A DNA stretch of 64,000 bases. It comes from Vitrella brassicaformis CCMP3155. Its lineage: Eukaryota > Protista > Chromerida. This document shows positions 11,201 to 21,700 of the stretch, piece by piece. A program made the translations under genes and the position numbers. Position 1 is the stretch's first letter. Each line of letters opens with the position of its first letter. The stretch covers positions 90,201 to 154,200 of the forward strand of contig CDMY01000238.1 in assembly GCA_001179505.1 (NCBI GenBank), given 5' to 3'. The notes beneath the pieces were generated by a model. The model was not told where the DNA came from. It searched no databases and saw only the letters and a program-made list of their open reading frames with translations.

Positions 11201-11503
11201 GTTTGCTTCTGGTGCGCTGTGCTCAGATTCAATCACGTTTTTGAGTTCACGTTCCCATGCACTCGCCCCAAGCCTTCAGTGGTGCTGCTGGCGGGCTCGT
11301 GGGACGGCTGGAAGTTTGCTTCAATGCGGTGGTCAGCAATAAACAACAGATTCTACCGCCCCATGCATCCCCCCCCCGGCAATTACGAGTACAAGTTCTT
11401 CGTCGACGAGGAGTGGCAGTGCTGCAATGACCAGAAGATGGAGAACGGCCCGTATGGGCCGAACAATGTGGTCACCATCCGGCCTGACGGACACGCGGTG
11501 TGA
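8286..11503 (+). CDS. PARG: Poly(ADP-ribose) glycohydrolase with two N-terminal zinc-finger repeats and a C-terminal CBM48/AMPK-beta-type carbohydrate-binding domain
   Basis: PARG signatures DFANEDIGGGTLGNG|AVQEEILF (GGG-x-QEE, 9814-9932), YGRETLSFAG, IVAFDA, RDLNKAYTAF and FATG|NWGCGVFGRDPQWKFLIQWCAATLAGR. Cys/His modules at 8403-8507 and 8767-8947. The last exon FEFTF...VLLAGSWDGWK...PPGNYEYKFFVDEEWQ...GPNNVV is CBM48-like. Phase-compatible GT-AG junctions link all parts. Confidence 0.88.
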
Positions 11504-11639
11504 GAGACATGGCTGGCAATGTGAGGCCGGGAGGGGGGAGGGGCGGGGAGGGTGAATGTGTAAGGCTGCGTCGGAACTTCAAGTAAGGCGATCAGGTCCC
11601 TGATTGCGTAGTCGTAGTCTCGCTCTCTTTTCATCTACG

Positions 11640-11947
11640 GTGGTTTTTGATGACTGAATGAAGTACGTGTGGGTGTTGCGTGAGAGAGAGTGCTTAAGGT
11701 CGTTTCGGCATTCGCCAAAAGGCAGTCAGGCATCGGAGCGGCGCATACTACGAGTGAGTTTGATCAAGGGAGGGATGCGGGCTGTCTTAGCGATTTCAAG
11801 CTAAGGTAGAGACAGGTTGTGGGGGTTTTTGATGAATGAATGAATGAATGAAGTCCGCGTGGTTGGTGCGTGAGAGGCAGTGTGATACTGCCAGAGGCAG
11901 CCAGGCATTCCGTTGCTTACATGCGTAGCAGTGAGTTTGATCAAGGG
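11640..11947. repeat. Diverged tandem duplication (about 130-bp core, about 180-bp period) in the convergent intergenic region
   Basis: Two copies of the pattern TTTTTGATGA..TGAATGAAGT..GCGTGAGAG..AGGCAG.CAGGCAT..AGTGAGTTTGATCAAGGG, at about 11640-11770 and 11820-11947. Confidence 0.6.
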
Positions 11948-12333
11948 CTGCCCGACACAGATCGGCGTTGGGTCAAATCGCGTGTGAGTGCCGCGTGTGT
12001 GTGCGTGACGGCTGCATTCGGATGCGAAAGACTCATGCTTCTTCCATCTTTGCATCGGTTGAAGTGCGCTGATTGCATGCATCCCTTGGTCTGTCCCTCT
12101 GTCCATCCATCAATTTGTACGGACAGACAGCCATGACCAGACAGACAGACAGTCAGACAAACACACAGCCACGACTATTCACATCCCACAGGAACGGAAA
12201 CGAAACAAGCCGCATCATCACTACACAACGACGTTGCAGCCAAGCTACAATGTACACACGCCTCGTGATTGTTGGTCATGCACATAAGCTCACACCACTC
12301 CACGCCACGCCAGCCCCGTCCCCACCATATCAG

Positions 12334-12540
12334 TCAGCCGGTCTCTCCGGTCTCTCCAGATCGCGGCAGGCTCGTGGACAGCCTGGTAACATACATGCTG
12401 GCATCAGCGGCAGGTAGATATGCTCACACCACTTTGCGCCCCCACTCATACCTGAGAATCTTGATACAAGTGTAGAAGACATCTCTGTTGTACTCGCTGT
12501 CGAAAAAGAGGAACACCTCCCTCTGCAATACATCCACACA

Positions 12541-12574
<34 letters not shown>

Positions 12575-13664
12575 TGTGAGCACCTGAAGCGCGCGCGCGT
12601 GTGTGTGTGATCATTGCGATTTTTCACCTGATTGTCGCCTTCGCCTAGCTGCAACCCCACACATCGACTGGTGGTCGTCTCGGCCGAGAGAGAAGGCAAC
12701 TGATGAAACGCACGGGTGCAGGCAGCAAAGTTAACTGTACGCCAATACGCATCATGTATTTGTGGGTACTCACAGACCTTCTCTGCGACTTGCTGGTTCT
12801 TCCACACCGACACCACCTGCCAATCGCCACACATGCAGACAGACAGACAGACAGACAGACAGACAGCAGTGCATGGGTATGATGCCTCGATGCAGCCGCG
12901 CGCTCACGTCCGTCACGGCGCAGCTGTCGGTCTTCTTGCCATCCTCTCCACGCAGCTGGAAGCTCTGATCACCGGACACAACAACGGATGTATCATGCCT
13001 GTGCCACGTTAAGTGGATTCCTCATAGCTCTCACCTTGAGGTATCCATCCATGAGGAACACATTGTCCGCCGTGCTCCCATCAGTCGGGTCGATGACGGA
13101 GACGTCGATGCCCTTCACAGCGTCCTGCAGCACATGCGCAACACGTCTCACACCAGCCGATAGACACGCAGTATGTGTGCTCGCGTCCTCCCTCACCTTG
13201 GCGAACTGTTTGACGAGGGTCTGCAGCCGCGCCTTCTCTTGCGCCTTCATGACCACACACACACACACCAATCATACAAGATTCATTCTTATCCGCGCCG
13301 TTCCCCAGTGCCCGTACCTTTTCTGCGGGTGTCATTGAAGCGGCCGTGCGAGAGCCGCCGCCGGCATCCTGAACACGGCCCGGGGATAACGAACCGCTCT
13401 TCTTGAGCCGTTTTATCTCCTGAGCCTGCCGCCAGGCGAAGGCGAGAGCCAGGACCAGCGCCACAGTAAGTCCCAAGGCAACCTGCAAAAAAGGTGGACT
13501 CACTGCATCGATGCGCCTGCTCTGTTCGGTCTGTGCTGCCTTGGGTTGCGCACCTGTGTAGTGATGTCTGTCGAGGACCCTTCAGCTCGTCGCGATGAGT
13601 CACAGTTGACGCCGGTACTACTGGAACACAGCAACAACACGAGGACCATTGCGATTGCCTCCAT
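12334..13664 (-). CDS. ISP (IMC sub-compartment protein)-like PH-fold protein with N-terminal hydrophobic segments
   Basis: Spliced MEAIAMVLVLLLCSS...|VALGLTVALVLALAFAWRQ...LVKQFAK|DAVKGIDVSVIDPTDG...FLMDGYLK...REVFLFFDSEYNRDVFYTCIKILR|LSTSLP...*. The terminal 'RDxFYTCxKILR' resembles alveolate ISP-family PH domains. Confidence 0.6.
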
Positions 13665-13881
13665 TGCGGTTGCACAGGATAAGAGAGGCAGAAGCTCTTC
13701 CCTCTCTCCCCCTTGAGCTCGCATAAGCGCGCGGGCAGACCGAAGAAGAGGAAGAAGCAGAGAAAGGAGAAACCGCTCTCTCTTGAGCAGAGAAAGGAGA
13801 AGAGGTCAGTGGAACAGCAGAGATATGAAAGAAACACCTGCTCATTGCCGTCATGACGTCGTGTGTGTGTGCTTCAGGGTC

Positions 13882-14872
13882 ATGAGTTCGTCTTCATCCG
13901 CGAATGCGCCAGTCGGCGGCCTCACAGCGGCCCAGTCATCGGCAGTCCAAGATCTGCTCCGCCCCGAGAACGCCGAGGTGGCCAAAAGCGTGCTGATCAG
14001 GCTGCTGACAGACCCGACCACGAAGGAGCAAGCCAAGAATGTCGTTGATGAGGGTCTGAAAGACGTCTGGCGGACCTCAGACGAAGCCACGGGTGAGAGG
14101 GAGGTGCATTCGTCTCGCGTACACAAGTGCATGCGTCCACACGCCACCTACTTGTGTCACACGGACACCCGATTGCACGTGTGTGTGTGTGTGTGTGTGT
14201 ATGCAATCAATGCAGCCCTGTTACCAAAGAAGGAGGGCACGTGGAGCCTGGACATCATCGACCAGAAAGACCCCAGGAAGGCCAGGGTGCCTGGCTGCGG
14301 CGAGCCGGGCACAGAGCACAAGGGCACCGTCAACTTCGTGACCGGCAAGGTCAGCGTGCCGATCTACGGCGACGACTTCAACAACCAGCACATCTACTCC
14401 ATGCGCCTGCAAAAGGACCGAAACGGCAAGTACGTATGCAGGCACGTCAAAGAAGCATGTGCCCTGGTGAGGTGTATACTTCTTCATCTGTTTCATTCAG
14501 GTACCTACTCTTCGAGGCTCAAGAAGTCCAGCGCTGGGGGTGGCGGGACGTCACCTTTGATATGACGGCCAAGGTGAGGCAGACAGCCATCGACGACGCG
14601 TACATGGGCATGAGAAGACCTGACATGAATTCATTTGTGTCTGGTGTGTGTAGGTGCGTGTCCAGGTGAACGGCATGGGAGAGGAGCGTTTGGTCGGCGA
14701 CGCCGAGTACACCTGGACACAGCGTCGCAAGCCCTACCACGAGCGCAGAGAGAAAGACGGAGATCCTGACTGGGAGATCGACAGTGATAGGGACGGGTCC
14801 AAGGACCTGTGGGAGTTCACCATCGTCGGGGGCACCTTCCAGCCTCAGGATGGCACCGATGGCACCGCGTAG
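13882..14872 (+). CDS. Hypothetical protein (helical N-terminus, beta-rich acidic C-terminus), about 4 exons
   Basis: MSSSSSANAPVGGL...VWRTSDEAT|ALLPKKEGTWSLDIID...|YLLFEAQEVQRWGWRDVTFDMTAK|VNGMGEERLVGDAEYTW...GTA*. Coding-like codon use and GT-AG sites; no family recognised. Confidence 0.6.
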
Positions 14873-15724
14873 TCGCCATCCATTGGCGGGCACACCCACG
14901 TGGGTCCCATGTAGAAGGACAGTGCTTAGTTTGGCGACACGTTTTCTCTTACCATCTGTGTCTATAGAGAGATGGGTCTGGGCATTTATGTAGGGATGTC
15001 TACGACCGGCAGGCGTCACGATTCATGTGCACACCTGAGTGCGGTGTAGACAGACAGGGGCTTCTGTGCGTCGACGAGAGACGGACGGAAGAGACAGAGA
15101 AGTGCTATTCGTGCCTGAGTGGGCTACTTGGCGTCACGGTGTTCCCTACCCTCATGTACGTATGATGCAATCATGTGGCTCTGTGACTGGGGGGTCTGCT
15201 TGATCATCGTGGTGGTTGTGCTCGTGGTGGTTGTGCTGAGCAGCTGAATTCGCTGGCTGCGTGCTTGGTAGAGAATGTCTCAACGGCGTGACGCGGAAAG
15301 CTTCGGATTTCATCCACACGCCTTCTTCATATGCATGCATCCATGCGCACACGAACGCAGTCAGTTGAAAGCACGAGTGGGTGAACGAGTGTTGAAATCC
15401 GCCACGCCAGATAGTAGCTACGTTGGTAGTCTCTCTCTCGGACAGGCAGGCAGGCAGCCACAAAGAAACAAACGGATGGATGGATGAGGATGTCCGCAGG
15501 GGAGAGAGGCTGGCTGCTCGCTGGCTCACTGGCATGCACACTTAAACATCACACACACACGTGGACTGCTCGCCCTCCCCTCCACGATCCGTCTCACAAA
15601 GCTTAGCCACACTGGTCTACTGGCGGCTCCCTCCCTCTCCCCGTCCCTCGCTCAGTGTGGCCAGCCTTGCTTGAGCAAAGACGGCCAATCGGATGCAAAA
15701 ACGACGAGCAAGAGAATCAAAGGC

Positions 15725-15755
<31 letters not shown>

Positions 15756-15797
15756 ACGAAGAGTGCGCCGTGCTCTCGATCGGTCTACGCATCTTGT

Positions 15798-18700
15798 CTA
15801 GGAGAGGAGGAAGCTGCCCTGTCCCTCGTTGATGGCGACGAGCAGCCTCTCCCGCATGACGTCCTTGGATGTGAAGCGGGGCAGCTTGAGGTAGTTGGTG
15901 CACGTCATGACCGACGGCAGGTTGCGGTCGGGGGACTGCGGAGAGGGCGTCTCCTTCACCACCACTGTCAACAGGGGCCTGCAAAGAGACACATAGATGA
16001 CATGCCAACATAAATTGAGGCCCGTGCGTGCGTCTGGGTTGATTGGTTGCGTACTTGAGTGCTCCGAAGCCCTCGAGGGGCAGTGCGGGTGCGCCGGTGG
16101 CGAACTGGCAGAAGAGACGCCTCTCCTTGGGCGACAGCTCACTCAGCACCTCCAACAAATACCGGAACGGCGCTGAGTCCCTCTGGTAACTGCACACACG
16201 CCGAGAGGGAGATAGAGCAACACGAAAAGTCCACATGCAGGTGTCCATGTGCACATGTCTCGCCGTGCGCCGTACCCGTGTGCAGGTTTGATGTATGTCT
16301 TGAGGTGGTCCAGTGTCCAGTACTGGTTGTCCGCCGCATCACCGCCGGCGATGAGCTGCGTCGCCAGCTCCACAGGCTGAAAGCTCAGCAGCGCCTCCAA
16401 CGGCAAAAACAACTCGAAGCCCTCACGGAACGCATGTACCTGCAGAACACCGCACGAGCAGTGCAGACATGAATCAACAAGGGGCGTGGTGGTCATGGTT
16501 GGTGCGTTGGTGACCTGGAGTGCGATGCCCGAGTAGAGCATTGCGCGTCCTACTAGCTGCAGGTACTCGTCGAGGGTGTCCCGCGTCACCACCATGTCCC
16601 TACCGCCGTCCCTCAGCTCATACAGTGGCTCAGGACCTGCAACACACACCGTGCACCGCACCTATGGCGATAGCTCCCTCGGCCATGTGTGTGTGTGTGT
16701 GAGCGCCAGACTTACCGGGCACGGTGAATATGACGCAGAGCTGCTCCAGGTCGAACCCCTGTGCCTTCATCTCCTTCATCTTCTGCAGCTGGTTGTAAAA
16801 CGACGGCGACACCTGCACACACAGCCAAACATACCCACAGAGAGAGACATCCGTCAATCCACGAGTGTCTGTTCGTGTCCCCGCCCTGTTCGTCAGCCAG
16901 CACAGACCTGCATGATGTCGGCTTCGTAGGACAAGGTCACCCGTGCCTCCATGCCCTTCTTCTCGTCCTCCTCCTCGTCCTTGTTCGGCTCGTCAGTGAA
17001 CGGACACAGAATGGGGAAGTGACCACCGCCTCCCGGCCGCTGCCTTTTGACGTCCACTTCCCGCGCCGCGTCCGACAGCACCAGGCGCCAGAAGACCGGG
17101 TGCAGCCGCAGGTCCATCAGGCGCTGGTCGGTCAGCGACTTGGCCACCAGCATCCCCAGCAGCTTGAAGTGCTTGTACAGCTTCGACTCGAACGTCCGCT
17201 CCAGGGGGTGCCGCTCATCGCGTTCGGGTGCGGTCCACTCGCTGCTGTTGTGGGCACGGCCGGCGCGCAGCAGGCCGCTGCGGGAGGCGAATGCCGAGCC
17301 CGCTGGGCCGTTGGCGCGTGTGTCCTTCTTGGGTTTGGCGAGCAGTGTGGGTGCGACCTTCTGGAAGTCGACGTGGTAGGCCTGTGGGAAGAGGAGGCCG
17401 TTGGGCGGCTCGAGGAACAGACGGGGGCTCGTGGAGTCCTTGAACGCTTGCGCAACCTGCATTACACACACGGAAGGTCATATGTGTGTGGGCGTCTTCC
17501 ATGCGTGTGTGTGTCGTGAACGAACCAGTGCGTAGAATTCGAGTGTGGGTCCAAGTCCTGATCCCGACTCGTTGTAGTACTCGACCTCCAACACGGGCTC
17601 CACACGGTGACGCTGGCTTCTCACACACTCAAACACCTACATATACGAAAGAAAAGAACAGTGACGGGCCTCTCTGCGAGACATTTGTGGTTGCGTGTGC
17701 GTACCTTCCAGGCATTTTCTATGATGGGTGTGCGGCCGATACGGACCTTCTGGCGAGGAAGCGTCGTGTGCTGCGAAAGAATGCCACACACGAGGTGGAT
17801 GATTGATGCCCATTTTCTTTTCCCTTCACCACTGACCCTACTGACCTCTTTGATTTGGTTGAGTATGTCCTTTTGTCTCTTACGGCTCATCCGCCCGCCG
17901 TAAGGGCCCAGACCCATCATCATCATCAGCGCCGTGTCCGCACCCTTGGTCGCATTGGCCGTACCAGACCCCGCCCCTCCCTGCCCCTCGGCCTCCCTGT
18001 CCGCCCGCAGGTCATCCCCCGACTCGGACGGCGAGGGGGGCGGCGACGGCATGTTGTCATTGCTCCCAGCACCGCCGGCCCCCTGGCCGCCACGCCTGAC
18101 CTCGATCTCGGCCGCGTCACTGAGCCATCGGTGGAAGAAGTGCATGGAGCGCTTGGAGCCCATGCCCGTGAGGTAGAGCAGACGACGCCTGGCTTCAAAA
18201 AAGAAGAGGTAGGGGCAGGCCACGGCCAGCCGGGAGATCCATGTGGGGATCTGGTTGCCGATCACCGCCAGGGGGTCTGTCAGCTGCCGCAGCACCTTGG
18301 ACGACAGAGATGGGCTGCAGAAGGCGTCAGTCAGACCGATGCGGTCGCCGAAGGTGGTTTGGCTTTGGGAGAGGGCCCGATCACGCTCAAACCGGCCGGT
18401 GGAGAGTCGGGACATGGATGCGGTGGGCGATGGGACGGGGGATGTGTCGGTCATCATGGGGGCGAGTCCGTTCCCCTCACCGTTGCCATAGCCGTTGTCA
18501 GCCAGGACGTACGTGTTGCCCCCCAGCGCCACGCCCGTGTAGAGCTGCTGCAGCCGTTTGATGGCCCACACGCAGTTGTGGAGGCCCATCAGCAGCTGCA
18601 CCACCGCTGCGAGGTCCTCGTTGGTCTTGAGGGGGTCCTCAGGAGGCGGGAGGTTGAAGGACACCTCCTCGGGCTCATCATCACCCCCGTCAGCAGCAGC

Positions 18701-21700
18701 TGCTGCTGCGGATGGGGCGGCAAGTCCATCTGCAGACTCAGTGGGCACAGGCTGATCCGGCCCGGGGGCGTCGGTGCTGTCAACAGGAACAGCGGCAGCA
18801 GCCTCGCTTGTCTGTTGGGCGGCAGGGGATGTGTCCCCGCTGCTGAACGCCCTGTCCTTGTCTGCACCGTCCTCGTGGGCAGCGGCCTCCTGCTGCTGCT
18901 TCTTGGATTTCTTCTTTTTCTTTTTGCTCTTGTTCTTCTTCTTCCGGTTGCCGGCGGCGCCCCCCGCGTCCTTGTCCTCCTCACCCTCTGGCCCCTCCTG
19001 CCCCTCGACGGCGCCACCTGAGCCGCCAGAGTCGACCAGGCTGCTCGATGACGTCTTGATGGAGATGCCCTTGGCGTCGGCTGTGTCGTCCTTGCCCTCG
19101 CCCGCCTTGCGCTTCCTGTTGCGCAGGCTCTCGTCGATCTCGGCGTCGCTGGCCATGCCGGAGGGGCAGGAGAGCCCGCGGATGAAGCGCATCCGGTGGA
19201 GCGTCTCCAGATGCCCCCTGACCAGCTTGGCGGCTTCCGAGGTCACGATCGACTCGGGCGCGCGCGTCAGGTCGTCGTGCAGCTGCAGCGGTTCGTCAGC
19301 CGATGCCGATGCTGTCTTCTTATCCTTCTTGTCACCCTCCCCCTCCCCCTCCTGCTTGTCCGAGCCGCCCTTCTTCTCCCTCAGTAGCACCCTGTAGGTG
19401 AACTGCTGGTGGGGACCGCCCCACGGCCGCACCAGCATCGCCGGCGCCCCTGAGTCCTTCTCGCCATCGGCCTTGTCGGTCTCCTGAGGCGTGAGCGAGC
19501 CCTCATCGCCTCCGACGTAAAACCGCACGGTCGGCCCCGACGACTCGCCCTCCTGCTCTTTGGCCCCTCGGCCGCTGGCACGGGGCGCGACGGTGATGGA
19601 GATGCCCCGCCGGCCTCCGGGAAAGACGGAGACGTCATCCGGCTGCTGGTACTGCTTGGGGATGGGCGATGCCGTGCCGTATTTGAGGACGGCCTCGAGC
19701 ACCGGGATGTTGGACGAGAGTGGCACGTTGTTGAGGAACAGCTGGATGGACATGTTCTTGGACAGATCCTCGGGCCTCTCGGGCCGAGTGGGTGCCTGAG
19801 GGGGCTGCGCGGCAGCAGCAGCTGCTGCTGCTGCCGCGGCAGGAGGCTCGGGAGGTGCGGGGCTGGCCGATGGTGTGGGTGCGGTGGGTGACCCAGCGGC
19901 TGGCGACCCTGCTTTGTTCTGCTGGGCACGCTTCTTCTTCTCCCGCCTACGGGCGCTCCTGCTCATCGGGGGACCGCCTGCACCAGCCGCAGCCGCAGCG
20001 GCTGCTGCTGGTGAGCCAGCAGCATCGGGCTTGTCCCCCTGGCCATCACCACCCATGGCCTCGTCACCTTCCATCGGGTGGTCTGCGGGCTCTGTCTCAG
20101 GTGGTGCTGGTCCGGGTCTGGCGTCATCGTCGCCCCATGAGTCCATCATGTCCATGTATTCGTCGCCGATGCCGCCCTCCACCCTCCTGTGTGGCGGGGG
20201 TGAGGTGGGGGACTCCTCGTCGGGGTGTGGCTCCTCAGCTGCGTAGTCCATGCCCGCGTCGATGGCGTGGGGCGGGCGGTGGCCGAAGTCATCCTCATCC
20301 TCATCATCTGACAGAGACCATGACACACACGAGATCGGCCTATGTGTTTCGACGCGTCTTGTCGGGTGTCTGCGGTGCGAGTGTGTGAGTTGCCACACCT
20401 TCTTCATCGTAGTCGGGCTCGAATCTTGACCGTTCGTACATGACGTCCTCTGGCGGGCGCTCCTCCACCTCATCCTCATAGTCGTAGTCGTCATCCATGA
20501 ACTCCGCGCCCTCAGCCGGCGGGCCACCCGCCTCATCCATCGCCTCTGCACGAGCCATCTCCACGTCGCCGTCGTTGTCCCGCGCACCACTACCATCCCC
20601 GTCACCGCCGGAGGCCGCTGCCGCACCCTCCCTCCGGCCCTCGTCCATGGCCGCCCTGCTGACGGGCGACCCCTCCTCTGATGTGAAGTCCTCAGTGCTC
20701 ATGGGGGGTGGGGGGCCGGGCTGTGGGGGCATCTCGCTGGGCGGGTGGTCCTCGCGCCCAGCAGCGCTGCGCTTGATCATGTCCCGCATCTGCCGCATCC
20801 GCTCCCACGACGCCTCGTCGGGGTCGCGGTCGCCTTCCTTCTTGCCACCAGCCATGGCCTTCTTGGCACCCAGACGGGCTGCCATCGACGGCGGCATGTC
20901 ATAGTATGCTCGGGCCGACCGGAATGCGGCAGCGGATGAGTTGGGGTCCTCACGTCGGTTGGCTGCCGGGGTGCGGGCGATGATGGTGCGTCGCACGTAG
21001 TCCTCCAGGTAGGCCACGGTGGTGGTGGCGTCAATGTGCACGCCGCTCTCGAACAGCTCAAGGCCGTCCGGGCCTCGCATGCGGCGGCCAGCAGCCGGGC
21101 GAGGAGGGCCCATACCGTAGGCCATGGCCATCTCGAATCGCTCCCTGTCCCTGTCTCGGTCCATCATCCTCTCCCTCTCGTATGCCAACATGCTGCTCGG
21201 CTCCATGCTCATCCGCTCGTACATGAGCGACCGCTCGCGGTCGACGCGGTCCATCAGGGCGATCATCCGTGACCGCTCCCGGTCCCGGTCCCGCCGCTCG
21301 TCGTCCTTGCTGCGCTGCATGCGTCGGTCCATGAGGCTGTGGAAGATACTCGGGCGGTCTCGGTCTCCCCCCTCTTCTCTGTCCCAGCCTGATGGGGGCG
21401 GAGGGATGCCAGACGGGCCAGAAGGGGGTGCTGCGGCCGCCTTGGCCGCCACAGATCGGGAGGGAGGCACCTTGGGCTGGTGGTCCTGCGCCTCCTTCTT
21501 GTCACCCTTGTCCTTCTTGTCCTTGCCATCCCTGTCAGGCTTGTCCCTGTTGTCGCTCTTGTCGCGGCTGCCCGTGCAACCGAACGGGGGGAAGCCGAAG
21601 TTAGTCAGCCACGAACTCGGCGCCTTGTCCTTCTCCTTGTCGTCACCACCATCCTTCTTGCCGCCCTTGTCCTTGTCGCCCGCGTCATCCCCACCGCCAT

